64,000 bases of DNA from Candidatus Microgenomates bacterium. Lineage in GTDB: Bacteria; Patescibacteriota; Microgenomatia; Daviesbacterales; UBA10151. Numbering within the stretch: the stretch's first letter is position 1; each line of letters begins with the position of its first letter. Positions 38,076 to 47,419 of this stretch are shown here, in pieces. Position numbers and translations under genes: made by a program. The stretch is from positions 34,121-98,120 of the forward strand of contig JACOYE010000007.1 in NCBI GenBank assembly GCA_016182045.1. Direction: 5' to 3'. Below the pieces are notes generated by a model, which saw only the letters and a program-made list of their open reading frames with translations, was not told the DNA's origin and made no database searches.

Positions 38076-39944
38076 TTAACTTAATACTTTTTTCTTCCCC
38101 ACCAGTTTTTCAAATTCATCTGATTCCAGGGTTTCTTTTTCCAGTAAAGTATTGGCAACTTTGTCCAATTTGATTTTATTTTTCAAAAGAATTTGCTGGG
38201 ATTGTTTATAAGAACTGTCAATAATCTTTTTTACCTCAGTATCAATTTTGGCTTGCATAGCCTGAGACACCCCCCCACCTTCATCTGTCATCCTGGACCA
38301 CAGTCCAAACATCGGTCTGGGTTTAATATTAATAGGCCCCAAATCAGACATGCCATATTCTGTGACCATATCTCTGGCAATTGTAGATGCCACTTCCAAA
38401 TCATTGGCAGCCCCTGTTGAGATATCCTTAAATACCATCTCCTCGGCAGCTCTACCACCCAAGGCAGTAGTGATTTGCTCAACTAATCTGGACTTAGTCT
38501 CATTGGATCTGTCCTCAGTTGGCGGAAACATGGTGTGTCCTCCAGACAATCCTCTTGCCACAATTGAGATTCGATGAACCGGGTCTACATTTGATAAATT
38601 ATGACCCACTATGGCATGCCCTGCCTCATGATAGGCAGCCAGTTTTCTGTCTTTTTCTGTCTGCATTCTCTTTCTTTGTGGCCCAAGTTTGACTTTGGTG
38701 GCTGCCTCTTCCAAAACAATATGATCAATGGCTTTTTTACCTTCCCTGGCTGCTAAAATAGCTGCCTCATTTAACATATTGGCTAAATCTGCACCGGAAA
38801 ACCCCACAGTTCTTCTGGCCAGCTTTTCCACATCAACATCATCAGTAAATGGTTTACCCTTCATATGAAGTTTGATGATGGCTTTTCTCTCTTCCAAATC
38901 AGGCATATTTAAAATCACTCTTCTGTCAAAACGGCCGGGACGAATCAAGGCCGGATCCAATAAATCTGGGCGGTTGGACGCTCCCAAAACAATCACATGA
39001 TCATTGGGTGTAAATCCATCCATCTCCACCAAAATCTGATTTAAGGTCTGTTCTCTTTCATCATGACCTCCTGTAAACCCCATTCCTCTCATCCTGCCAA
39101 TTGATTCAATCTCATCAATAAAAATAATGCCCGGGGCATTTTTCTTGGCTTGGGCAAACATGTCTCTAACCCGAGCTGCTCCCACTCCCACCAGCATTTC
39201 CATAAATTCAGATCCGGCAATGGAGAAAAATGGCACATTAGCTTCTCCGGCTACGGCGCGTGAAATCAGGGTTTTGCCACATCCAGGTGGACCCACCAAA
39301 AGTACTCCTTTGGGGATTTTTGCTCCCATCTCTTTATATTTTTGCGGACTTTTTAAAAAATCCACCACTTCCTCGAGCTCTTTTTTGGCCTCATCTGCCC
39401 CAGCCACATCAGAAAATTTAATCTGTGGCTGATCTTTGGTAAAAAGCCTGGCACGAGATTGAGCAAAAGAAAAAATGCCCTGTGCCCCTTCTCTGGCGTT
39501 TCTAAAAAGCAAAAACATTAAACCCACTAAGATTATGACTGGCAAAATAGCAGAAATAAGCCCAATCCAAGCTTGTTGAATGGAAGTATCTTTAACTTCA
39601 ATAGTGATGAGTTTAGGATCAACACCAGAGGCCTCAAGAATTTTGTATAAAGATTCTCCTGCCTCTTTGTGAGAAGTAAGCTTTTGATCAGAATTTTTAA
39701 CATCTGCGGTAAGTTTATCTCCTTCCAAAAGAATCTTTTGGATTTTCCCCTCTTTTACATCAGTTATAATTTGAGAAATAGGTACTTCATTACCAGTTTG
39801 TGGAGGTCCAGAGACTTGGTAAAAAAAGATTAAGGCTGCTAAGGCAATTAAAATATAAACTGCCAATCCCTTTAGAATAGATAGCATTCTTTTGTCTAAT
39901 TTCAATTTTTTTCTTCCATTGGCCATAATGAAAAATTTTAGCAC
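38076..39944 (-). CDS. ftsH: ATP-dependent zinc metalloprotease FtsH
   Basis: Walker A GPPGCGKT, SRH region, HEAGH zinc motif. Confidence 0.95.
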   Translation of the reverse strand: MLKFFIMANGRKKLKLDKRMLSILKGLAVYILIALAALIFFYQVSGPPQTGNEVPISQIITDVKEGKIQKILLEGDKLTADVKNSDQKLTSHKEAGESLYKILEASGVDPKLITIEVKDTSIQQAWIGLISAILPVIILVGLMFLLFRNAREGAQGIFSFAQSRARLFTKDQPQIKFSDVAGADEAKKELEEVVDFLKSPQKYKEMGAKIPKGVLLVGPPGCGKTLISRAVAGEANVPFFSIAGSEFMEMLVGVGAARVRDMFAQAKKNAPGIIFIDEIESIGRMRGMGFTGGHDEREQTLNQILVEMDGFTPNDHVIVLGASNRPDLLDPALIRPGRFDRRVILNMPDLEERKAIIKLHMKGKPFTDDVDVEKLARRTVGFSGADLANMLNEAAILAAREGKKAIDHIVLEEAATKVKLGPQRKRMQTEKDRKLAAYHEAGHAIVGHNLSNVDPVHRISIVARGLSGGHTMFPPTEDRSNETKSRLVEQITTALGGRAAEEMVFKDISTGAANDLEVASTIARDMVTEYGMSDLGPINIKPRPMFGLWSRMTDEGGGVSQAMQAKIDTEVKKIIDSSYKQSQQILLKNKIKLDKVANTLLEKETLESDEFEKLVGKKKVLS

Positions 39945-39967
39945 AAATAGGTTGGGAATGCTAGAAT

Positions 39968-40291
39968 CTAGCGGATTTTCGTGCCTGGAGGAACTTTTTT
40001 GGGAACTGTCAAAAAGATCGGACCATCAGTTGTGTCTGCCGCTAGCATCATACCTTGGGATTCTAACCCCATCATCTTTCTAGATTCTAAATTAGCAACC
40101 ACTACCACTTGTTTACCTATAAAATCTTCAGGCTTATACCACTGTTTCACTCCAGCAAGAATCTGCCTAGGTTCTTCTTCACCTAGATCTACCTTCAACT
40201 CTATTAGTTTTTCACTTCCCTCCACCTCTTCTGCCTTCAAAACAGTCCCCACTTTTAGTTCTACTTTTGCAAAATCATCAAAATTTATCAT
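39968..40291 (-). CDS. tRNA-binding domain protein (CsaA/Trbp111-like)
   Basis: FAKVELKVGTVLKAE...QVVVVANL OB-fold pattern. Confidence 0.75.
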   Translation of the reverse strand: MINFDDFAKVELKVGTVLKAEEVEGSEKLIELKVDLGEEEPRQILAGVKQWYKPEDFIGKQVVVVANLESRKMMGLESQGMMLAADTTDGPIFLTVPKKVPPGTKIR

Positions 40292-41694
40292 GGTCTATTT
40301 GAATAATGTGCTCTTAGTTTAGAATAAGCAAGAAAAAGTTTAGAGTAAGGGATTGTTTTTCCAGTTTGTTCAGATACTTGTCTTATTGTATCGTGTATTG
40401 TTTTATTTTGTGCCATTAGCTCCAAAAACAATAATAACGATACACCATCAATATATTGAGGCAGACCTCTCAAATTATCACTTGAACTTTCAAGATCTCT
40501 TTTAAATCTTTGGTAAATATCAATTCTTTCTCTCAATTTTGCTTCGTAACCTTTTCTCACATCAGAATAACCTGCTAGTGTATCTGCAATCAGTCCCATG
40601 TAGACCTTGTTTACTTTAAATCCTGAAGCCAACATTCGATCTTGTGCACCATGGGCCATGGTCTCCAATATTCTTCTTTCTCGAACCGAAGCCCTTTTGG
40701 TTGTAGTTTCACCAGAAGACATAACTTCCTCCCCGATGCGCACTCTATATGCTCTATACGGTCCAATCAAAAATCGGGACACTTTGTTAACCGTATAAGG
40801 TCCCATCTTATCAAGCTGGGATCTGCTGATTCCTTCCTGCTCTAAAGCTTCCATAAATTCCTGCCAGCCTAAGCCATCTTCCTTAAGTTCTATAAAAACC
40901 TCATTAACCAATCCATTGTACAAATTTTTGCTTATACCGAGCTCTTCGAAAATTGCGTGTCTTGAATAACCCAAGTTTAAAAGATATAAAACACTCTCTG
41001 TCAATTGTGCTTTTCTATTAACCCAATGATTATTGTCAATCTCATCCAATGTTTGCTTCGCCTTCAAAGCCCTTTCTCTTAATCTACCCGGCTGTAAATA
41101 ATCAACTCTCTGGCTTGCTTTATCAAAAATCTTATTCACATTATAAACGTTTAGAGGAGGATCTACTTCAAGCTCCTGGCTAACCACCTTAGCAACTTTC
41201 TCTGTTTGCTCACCAGTTAAAAGTAATTCTAGAACTCTTTTCTCGATGCCATGCTTAGCTGTCTCCATGTAATGTCTAGCTCTTTGGGCACGCTCTGCTA
41301 TTTTTTGAATTCTCCTTGCTTCATAATCAGTCCCCTGACCTTTAGCAAAAGGTAAATTAATGGCTGTTTCCTGCGCAACTAATTTCACTGTTGCCTCTGT
41401 AAGTATATTTAACCCTCCAGAAGACAAACCCAGCTGTCTTGCTTCTGCAAAAGTGACTCTTGGAGGTGTTCTATGAACCATCTGATCAACAAGATCTATA
41501 AGTGTTACTTTTTTCCTCTCCTCTAAGGCTTCCTGATCATACTTCCTTTTTACAACAATAGCTAATGGGATAGAATACTTAACAATCACTTCAGGGAATT
41601 GCCTCCTCACTTCTTCCCATACTTGAGGCGGAATTACTTCAACACGGGCAAATCTGTTATCGATCCTAGGAGTACTACCTTCCCGTTCGGCCAT
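40288..41694 (-). CDS. hypothetical protein, 468 aa, no recognisable domain
   Basis: long ORF; 4-bp overlap with downstream gene. Confidence 0.45.
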   Translation of the reverse strand: MAEREGSTPRIDNRFARVEVIPPQVWEEVRRQFPEVIVKYSIPLAIVVKRKYDQEALEERKKVTLIDLVDQMVHRTPPRVTFAEARQLGLSSGGLNILTEATVKLVAQETAINLPFAKGQGTDYEARRIQKIAERAQRARHYMETAKHGIEKRVLELLLTGEQTEKVAKVVSQELEVDPPLNVYNVNKIFDKASQRVDYLQPGRLRERALKAKQTLDEIDNNHWVNRKAQLTESVLYLLNLGYSRHAIFEELGISKNLYNGLVNEVFIELKEDGLGWQEFMEALEQEGISRSQLDKMGPYTVNKVSRFLIGPYRAYRVRIGEEVMSSGETTTKRASVRERRILETMAHGAQDRMLASGFKVNKVYMGLIADTLAGYSDVRKGYEAKLRERIDIYQRFKRDLESSSDNLRGLPQYIDGVSLLLFLELMAQNKTIHDTIRQVSEQTGKTIPYSKLFLAYSKLRAHYSNRP

Positions 41695-41714
41695 ATTCTA
41701 AAAATAATCCATTT

Positions 41715-42077
41715 TCATGGCTTTTTTAACTTCTTCCAAAATTTTTTAGGCTTTTTCACTTGATGTAGTATTGCCTGGGATGAAGTTTCTGATTGTTTAG
41801 ATTTCCTTAACAGTAATTTTAGTTTTTCCATAATCCACATTCTGACCAAAGTTGATGGACCAATTCCCATTTCACTGCCTAATTTAGTCAGCTGAGTCAG
41901 GGTTTTGCCATCCATTCTCACTCCTAAAATATGCTCCAAGGGTTTTGCAAATTCAAGCTTAACTTCCTTCCAGGTTCCATAATCCAGCGGGCTATGTGTA
42001 TCCCAAAAATCAGCCTCCTCTTCATAGGATTTAAACTTTGGTATTTTCTTACCTTTTAAAGTTATCTTTTTATCCAT
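41715..42077 (-). CDS. brnA: BrnA-like antitoxin
   Basis: FKSYEEEADFWDTH...IGPSTLVRMWIMEKL. Confidence 0.6.
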   Translation of the reverse strand: MDKKITLKGKKIPKFKSYEEEADFWDTHSPLDYGTWKEVKLEFAKPLEHILGVRMDGKTLTQLTKLGSEMGIGPSTLVRMWIMEKLKLLLRKSKQSETSSQAILHQVKKPKKFWKKLKKP

Positions 42078-42334
42078 TTTCTAAAATTTCTTTTTTCTCT
42101 ATCATCCATCTCCCTAGCAGAAACAGGATAATAATCATAAAATCCTCTAACACCTACTATGACTAGTAAGTAACGACCGCCTTCAGTTCGTCCCCAGACT
42201 GCCATCTTAGTCTTCCCGCTTTTTATAGCAAAGTGCTTGGAAGAACAAACCTCCTCTACTTCATCTTGACTGACTCCATGCTTTCCAACATGCTCTATAT
42301 TCCACTCATCCCATATTAAATTTCTGATTTTCAT
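42062..42334 (-). CDS. brnT: BrnT-like (DUF497) toxin
   Basis: WDEWNIEHVGKHGVSQDEVEEV pattern. Confidence 0.65.
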   Translation of the reverse strand: MKIRNLIWDEWNIEHVGKHGVSQDEVEEVCSSKHFAIKSGKTKMAVWGRTEGGRYLLVIVGVRGFYDYYPVSAREMDDREKRNFRKWIKR

Positions 42335-42357
42335 TGTATAACATTGTTAAACAAAAA

Positions 42358-43422
42358 TCAATCCATAAAATAATCCAACTTCATAGCCTTTTTAACTTCT
42401 TCTAATGTTTTTTGGGCTTCTGATCGGGCTTTTTCAGTACCTTCTTTGAGGATCCGTTCGACAAGCTCAGGATCTCGCTCGAATCGAGCTCGACTTTTTC
42501 TTATTGGATCCAGGAAATTATTTAAAACTTTAACCAGAAACTTTTTTACCTCAATATCCCCCACCTGGCCTTTTGTATAGCGAGATTTGAGATTTGAGAT
42601 TTGAGATTTGAGATTTTCAGGACCAAAGGCATCTAAATAGATAAAAACGGGGTTGCCTTCAACTCTACCTGGATCAGTAGCATGTATTCTTTTAGGATCT
42701 GTATACATATTCATCACCTTTTTCTCCACTTCTCCAGCAGTATCTGAAAGATTAATCACATTCCCAGCAGACTTACTCATTTTGGCTTTGCCATCTGTTC
42801 CAGGTAAAATGCCTAAATCTTCTGGTACCAAAGCTTCCGGTACTGGAAAAACCTGACCAGACACCTCCGAGGTGGGCTTTGACTCCTCGGAGGTGGATTG
42901 AGAAGATTTACCATAAACTCTATTAAATTCCCTGGCAATTTCTCTGGTAATCTCGATATGCGAAACTTGATCCTTACCCACCGGTACTAAGTGGCTTCTC
43001 ACCATTAAAATATCTGCTGCCTGAAGCACCGGGTAACCTAAAAGCCCATAGGAGGGAATGGTGATATGTGCATCTCTCATCACATCTTTTAAGGTGGGCA
43101 TCCGTTCAAGTCTGGGGACGGTGGTTAAATTGCCAAAAATGATGGCCAGTTCTGCCACTTCAGCTATTTGAGATTGAACATAAATGGTGGCTTTCTCAGG
43201 ATCAATTCCGACGGAAAGATAATCCAATACCATCTGGTAAATATTTTCCTTAAGCTCTTGGGTATCTTTAAGCTCAGGTTTAGTAGTTAAGGTATGCAAA
43301 TCCGCAACAATAAAAAAGCACTCATATTCATCTTGCAACCTGACCCTATTTTTCAAAGACCCCACATAATGGCCTAAATGTAATTTTCCAGTTGGTCTGT
43401 CCCCTGTTAATATTCTTTTCAT
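42358..43422 (-). CDS. trpS: tryptophan--tRNA ligase with in-frame heptamer-repeat insertion
   Basis: GDRPTGKLHLGHYVG and KMSKS motifs; NLKSQISNLKSQISNLKS repeat. Confidence 0.9.
   Translation of the reverse strand: MKRILTGDRPTGKLHLGHYVGSLKNRVRLQDEYECFFIVADLHTLTTKPELKDTQELKENIYQMVLDYLSVGIDPEKATIYVQSQIAEVAELAIIFGNLTTVPRLERMPTLKDVMRDAHITIPSYGLLGYPVLQAADILMVRSHLVPVGKDQVSHIEITREIAREFNRVYGKSSQSTSEESKPTSEVSGQVFPVPEALVPEDLGILPGTDGKAKMSKSAGNVINLSDTAGEVEKKVMNMYTDPKRIHATDPGRVEGNPVFIYLDAFGPENLKSQISNLKSRYTKGQVGDIEVKKFLVKVLNNFLDPIRKSRARFERDPELVERILKEGTEKARSEAQKTLEEVKKAMKLDYFMD
42583..42617. repeat. tandem heptanucleotide repeat (GATTTGA)n inside trpS
   Basis: gatttgagatttgagatttgagatttga... Confidence 0.8.
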
Positions 43423-43676
43423 AAGTTTTTACTTTTATCAGTATCCTTTTTTAATTTCTCAATAATCCACATCCTTGCTAAAGTGGTGGGACCAATACCC
43501 AGATGATCTGCTTTCTGCCGCAGCTTTTGAATATCGTCAGATTCAAACCTAATGGTTAATGTATCAGTTTTATTTGCACGGTGTAAACCAACTTTTATAT
43601 CCTTACCGAAAACATCTATGGCATCATGTTTATCCCAAAAATCAGCCTCCTCTTCTAAGGTTTTAAACGGCTTCAT
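43419..43676 (-). CDS. brnA: BrnA-like antitoxin (second copy)
   Basis: LEEEADFWDKHD...IGPTTLARMWIIEKL, paralogous to 41715..42077. Confidence 0.6.
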   Translation of the reverse strand: MKPFKTLEEEADFWDKHDAIDVFGKDIKVGLHRANKTDTLTIRFESDDIQKLRQKADHLGIGPTTLARMWIIEKLKKDTDKSKNL

Positions 43677-43705
43677 TGGTTTGATAGATCCCTTTTTAAC
43701 AAATC

Positions 43706-44002
43706 TTATCTTAATTTTTCGCCTCCCTTAAAATTTTCCATATATAATAATTGTTCTTTTTTCTTGGTGTACCTTGCAGTCACAAGTCCGTATCTATTTT
43801 TCCCACTTCTTGGTCCAACTACCACAGTAATTAACCTGCCTTTATTCGTTTTTCCCACTAACAAACTTTTATCAGATCTCCCCTTTAAAATTAAATAATC
43901 CCCAGCTATAACCTCAAAAACTTCATCTATTGTTATGCTGTGCCTAGCTATATGCTCTGGTCTATCTTCCTCAATAATCAGCTCATCAACAGTAACATCC
44001 AT
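43706..44002 (-). CDS. brnT: BrnT-like (DUF497) toxin (second copy)
   Basis: EEDRPEHIARHSITIDEVFEV...RLITVV pattern. Confidence 0.55.
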   Translation of the reverse strand: MDVTVDELIIEEDRPEHIARHSITIDEVFEVIAGDYLILKGRSDKSLLVGKTNKGRLITVVVGPRSGKNRYGLVTARYTKKKEQLLYMENFKGGEKLR

Positions 44003-44065
44003 ATTGTACTACATTGTCTTACAAATATCAAGGGTTAAAATTCGTTTCGTAATTTTGATTATACT

Positions 44066-44389
44066 TTAAAATAATCCCTGATGTTTTAAAGAAATCCTTT
44101 CTCTACCCCTTCTTTCCTTTTCCAAGTTAAATAGTATCTCTGCTTGACGTACACTATATCTTGATCCATCAAAGATTGGTTCGCCTTCTTCTATCGCTGG
44201 AAGTAGAATAGGCTTTCCATAAAATTTATGTAACTCCATTCCCTCTGGGACTTCTGGAATATATGTTCCAGGAACAAACCGAGGTGCCGGCATTTTAGGC
44301 CGCGTTCTCCCTCTCTCCTGTCTTTCAAGCTTACGTTGTTCATGAATTTGCTGATTACGTTCAGATTTTTGAAATTCCATATTTATCAC
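44066..44389 (-). CDS. hypothetical protein
   Basis: 107 aa, basic. Confidence 0.35.
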   Translation of the reverse strand: MINMEFQKSERNQQIHEQRKLERQERGRTRPKMPAPRFVPGTYIPEVPEGMELHKFYGKPILLPAIEEGEPIFDGSRYSVRQAEILFNLEKERRGRERISLKHQGLF

Positions 44390-44691
44390 CTCCTCCTCAT
44401 TTTTTCTCTAATTAAAATCTCTGTTCCCATATTTTCTTCAAGCCTAATCGAAGCAAAAGCTTCAATTCTTCTTAGTAATCCGACATTGTGTTTTTCTAAA
44501 ATCCTCTTTACTCTACCTACTTCCCTAGAACTTAAAGATTCAGGATAAACAATACTGCCACTTCCTTTTCTGATTCTTTCCATCCCATCCATAATCGCTC
44601 TCACTACCCCACTAACTAAACTCTCATCCTCAAAAGGAAGATTATTACTTTCTCTTTTTGCTAATTCCTGTTGATATCTTTCTTTACTCAT
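44386..44691 (-). CDS. hypothetical protein
   Basis: 101 aa; ATGA overlap with downstream gene. Confidence 0.35.
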   Translation of the reverse strand: MSKERYQQELAKRESNNLPFEDESLVSGVVRAIMDGMERIRKGSGSIVYPESLSSREVGRVKRILEKHNVGLLRRIEAFASIRLEENMGTEILIREKMRRR

Positions 44692-44850
44692 AAGTTACAT
44701 CCTTTAAAATCTTTTAAGAAAATGCCTATGAGTAATTTATGAAGATCTAGAAGTTGTTTATAGCCAAACTAGCCCCTGTCCCGCCTCGGCGGAACCAGAG
44801 GTTCCTTTATTTATATTATTTCTATCTAGTCTTTCCATATTTTCCTTTAT

Positions 44851-45105
44851 TTAAACTACTTTAAACCTTCCTAGCTGTAACTCTTTTGATCCACGGGTTA
44901 CTGTGGCAATACCTACTTTTAATTCTTCAGCAATTTTGTGCTGAGGTATTCCAGCTTTCAATCTTTTTACTATCTGAAGCCTGGTAGGTATTTCTTGAAG
45001 TTCCTTTGGAGTTAAAATCCCCAAAAGAAAATCTTCCATCTCTTCCCTATTTTTAATGCTTAGTAACAAATCAATTAGTTCGTTTAATTGCTTATTCCTA
45101 ATCAT
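44851..45105 (-). CDS. TrpR-like YerC/YecD family DNA-binding protein
   Basis: IAEELKVGIATVTRGSKEL C-terminal HTH. Confidence 0.65.
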   Translation of the reverse strand: MIRNKQLNELIDLLLSIKNREEMEDFLLGILTPKELQEIPTRLQIVKRLKAGIPQHKIAEELKVGIATVTRGSKELQLGRFKVV

Positions 45106-45742
45106 TACGTATACTATTATACTAGTATGCTAGTAATTTGTCAAGTGTCGAATTTACCATTAAAAAATCCGCTTTCGCGGATCATGTCGCGGATCATGTC
45201 GTTGACCTCCTCCCCAGTTCCAACCATCTGGATCAAAGGATTTTCTCTACTCTAGGACTTGTCAACCTTACCTTTCTTCTCTACTTTTCCGAAGATTATC
45301 AAAAAAATTCCAAAAGCCATTATAATCAGTAATCCCGTCATCAAACCGATAAAGCGGTCATTAAAATCAATCATTTCTCCCCCTTATTTTGAAGTATAGC
45401 ACCAATCACCAGGATGATCAATCCGCTCAGTAACAAAGGAATATAACGTGTTAGTAGAATAGGTTCTCGAAGCTGAAATGTTTCAGGTAAGAAGAACGCT
45501 CCAGATGATCCTAAAATTACCCCCCTCAGCTATTGTTTTGAAAGCAGATGCGAAAAATAACCATTGACCTTTAGATAATTTTAGACTAGCTATCATATAC
45601 CGGCCTCTCCTCTCCTGCAACTTCCTTTCACTACTTCTAGTCTAACACAAATTCTTTCTCCCCAAAGAGGCTCACAACCATCAAAAAAGCCCCTGCTTAA
45701 ATAAGGGCTTAAGTCCCCCCAACCATACCAGGTCAAAGCTTT

Positions 45743-47113
45743 TTAATTAATATAATTATCAGAAAACCATCGCAATGCAGCTTGGAGGTTTTTCGTTTCT
45801 TTCGTGCCTAATCTCAAGGCATATTGAAAAGATGCCTCTCTTTTAGCCTCAGCAAGATCTATATCATAAATTTCAACAGGCCATAAGTACTCTGCTATAT
45901 TACCCACCACTTTTAGCTTATAAAGATCATAAGCAGGACCATTATGTATTCCTGACTCTGGATCAAATTCCCCCACTTCATACTGGGAAGCTATGTAATC
46001 CTCAAGTGCGAATATCATTACTTCTAAAGGACTCTCTAACCCTTCTACAGAGATTAATCTTCTTCTAAATTGCACTCTATCTGATCTGCCATGACTGGTC
46101 TTAACAGAATCTTTTTTCTTAATTTCACCATTACCAGTAAATTCACTAAATAAATTTTCCACTTCTTGGGTAACTTTATCTCGTAGTGGGCGTCCTCCCT
46201 CCATAATCACTAGTCTAAAGCCAACATGATCTTCAACATGATGTAGGGTTTCTATAACACCACCATTAGTTTCAGAGCCATTAAGTCCGGCTCCATTGGC
46301 CAACCAAGATCTCTCCTTTGCCTTAATAACTGCTGATGGAAGATCCTTTTCTCTTGGATCATACAATACTAGTACATCCCCTCCCTGTTCATCCTTAAGT
46401 CCTAATTTTCTAACAGGAAAATCTAAGGACTTCACCCATAAATCATCTCTAAATTTCGGATCAGGATACTTAGAACTTAATCCAACTAATCTGTTCGTAC
46501 CTGGTTCATGATATGAGAAAGTATGATATTTTTTGGGATCTCCACTTTTACCTGTAAATAACCGTCTCTCTAAAAAAGTATTAATTCCTGCTAGAACTTC
46601 TCTGGCCTGACCATTTTCATCTCTAGACATCAATTCAGCACAAAGCAAAGCTAAACCTAATTGACTACCTTGCTCATACCTATACTGCTGACCTATTAGT
46701 CCTGAAGGCATAGTCAGTACTCTCAAGGCATCTGAAGGTTTTCCCCGGGCCCATGCAATATTATTTGTTAAGGTTGCTTGTCTTTCTTGATCAGCAAAGA
46801 GTATGCCATGGGCGTAATTCACCGTATCGGTTGCTCGTCTCACTGCTGTTTTCCAAAATCTCTCTCTTTCATCCTGATTATCTTTGATGCCGAACATAGC
46901 TCCAACTTTATCGTATTGTGCCCTATCTACTCCTAAACAGAGTTCTTCAGAAATATCCTCGCCCCTTTTCCATGCCTGTCTAAATTTATCATAAGTTTCC
47001 TCACCAAAAAAGCTTTTTACTTCCCTCACCATTAACTTTCCACCCCTAATACCTTGTTTAAACATATCAAACACTAATCCTGGTCTTCCTTCAGCTAATT
47101 CTGTAATTGCCAT
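45743..47113 (-). CDS. hypothetical protein, 456 aa, unknown function, preceded by attenuator leader
   Basis: AAGGAGA RBS 8 nt upstream of ATG; no recognisable domain. Confidence 0.55.
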   Translation of the reverse strand: MAITELAEGRPGLVFDMFKQGIRGGKLMVREVKSFFGEETYDKFRQAWKRGEDISEELCLGVDRAQYDKVGAMFGIKDNQDERERFWKTAVRRATDTVNYAHGILFADQERQATLTNNIAWARGKPSDALRVLTMPSGLIGQQYRYEQGSQLGLALLCAELMSRDENGQAREVLAGINTFLERRLFTGKSGDPKKYHTFSYHEPGTNRLVGLSSKYPDPKFRDDLWVKSLDFPVRKLGLKDEQGGDVLVLYDPREKDLPSAVIKAKERSWLANGAGLNGSETNGGVIETLHHVEDHVGFRLVIMEGGRPLRDKVTQEVENLFSEFTGNGEIKKKDSVKTSHGRSDRVQFRRRLISVEGLESPLEVMIFALEDYIASQYEVGEFDPESGIHNGPAYDLYKLKVVGNIAEYLWPVEIYDIDLAEAKREASFQYALRLGTKETKNLQAALRWFSDNYIN

Positions 47114-47133
47114 AATTTTCTCCTTTCTAAACT

Positions 47134-47300
47134 AAAAACCGCTCCTTTTTTTGGGAGCGGTTCATTTAGGTTTTTATTCCCCTTTATTTGGGAATTACCC
47201 TTAGAACCGCTGCCCTGTAATAAGGGAGCGTTTCATAAAATTAAACATTCTGACCATATACATAATTTTCATATTCATAAATTTTCTAAAAAAGAAAAGA
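47134..47300 (-). promoter_or_regulatory. putative ribosome-mediated transcription attenuator (leader ORF + alternative hairpins + terminator)
   Basis: segments AACGCTCCC / GGGCAGCGGTT / AACCGCTCCC / GGAGCGGTTTTT allow 1:2 + 3:4(terminator) or 2:3 pairing. Confidence 0.55.
47201..47278 (-). CDS. leader peptide MNMKIMYMVRMFNFMKRSLITGQRF (6 in-frame AUG codons)
   Basis: all six ATG in one frame; stop codon lies inside hairpin segment 2. Confidence 0.4.
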   Translation of the reverse strand: MNMKIMYMVRMFNFMKRSLITGQRF

Positions 47301-47325
47301 ATCCTTCTGACAGGATTCTGCTCTT
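47296..47325 (-). terminator. Rho-independent terminator after citryl-CoA lyase-like gene
   Basis: AGAATCCT-tctgac-AGGATTCT stem followed on minus strand by TTTCTTTTTT. Confidence 0.55.
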
Positions 47326-47419
47326 ATTTTTAGAATAAACACAAATGAGCATTTTGTCAAGATCTATTTTACTATAAGTTAAGCAAAAAGTCAACCACAA
47401 TCAGTTTACATGATTGTGG

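Noticed and set aside
20893-42617. Heptamer tandem arrays as possible CRISPR-like repeats
   Set aside because: Units are 7 nt, contiguous without spacers, lie inside coding sequences and are translated in-frame; no cas genes in the window.
45376-45595. A 78-aa membrane ORF I initially read on the minus strand
   Set aside because: Re-reading showed I had dropped a nucleotide (GCGGATTTGATC); corrected frame has an early stop, consistent with absence from the ORF track. Only the 35-aa downstream peptide with its strong RBS survives as a weak candidate.
47160-47230. Resemblance of ACAGGGCA in the leader to the c-di-GMP-I (GEMM) riboswitch core
   Set aside because: Only a short word matches; the rest of the GEMM consensus is absent and the region is better explained as an attenuator stem overlapping a leader ORF.
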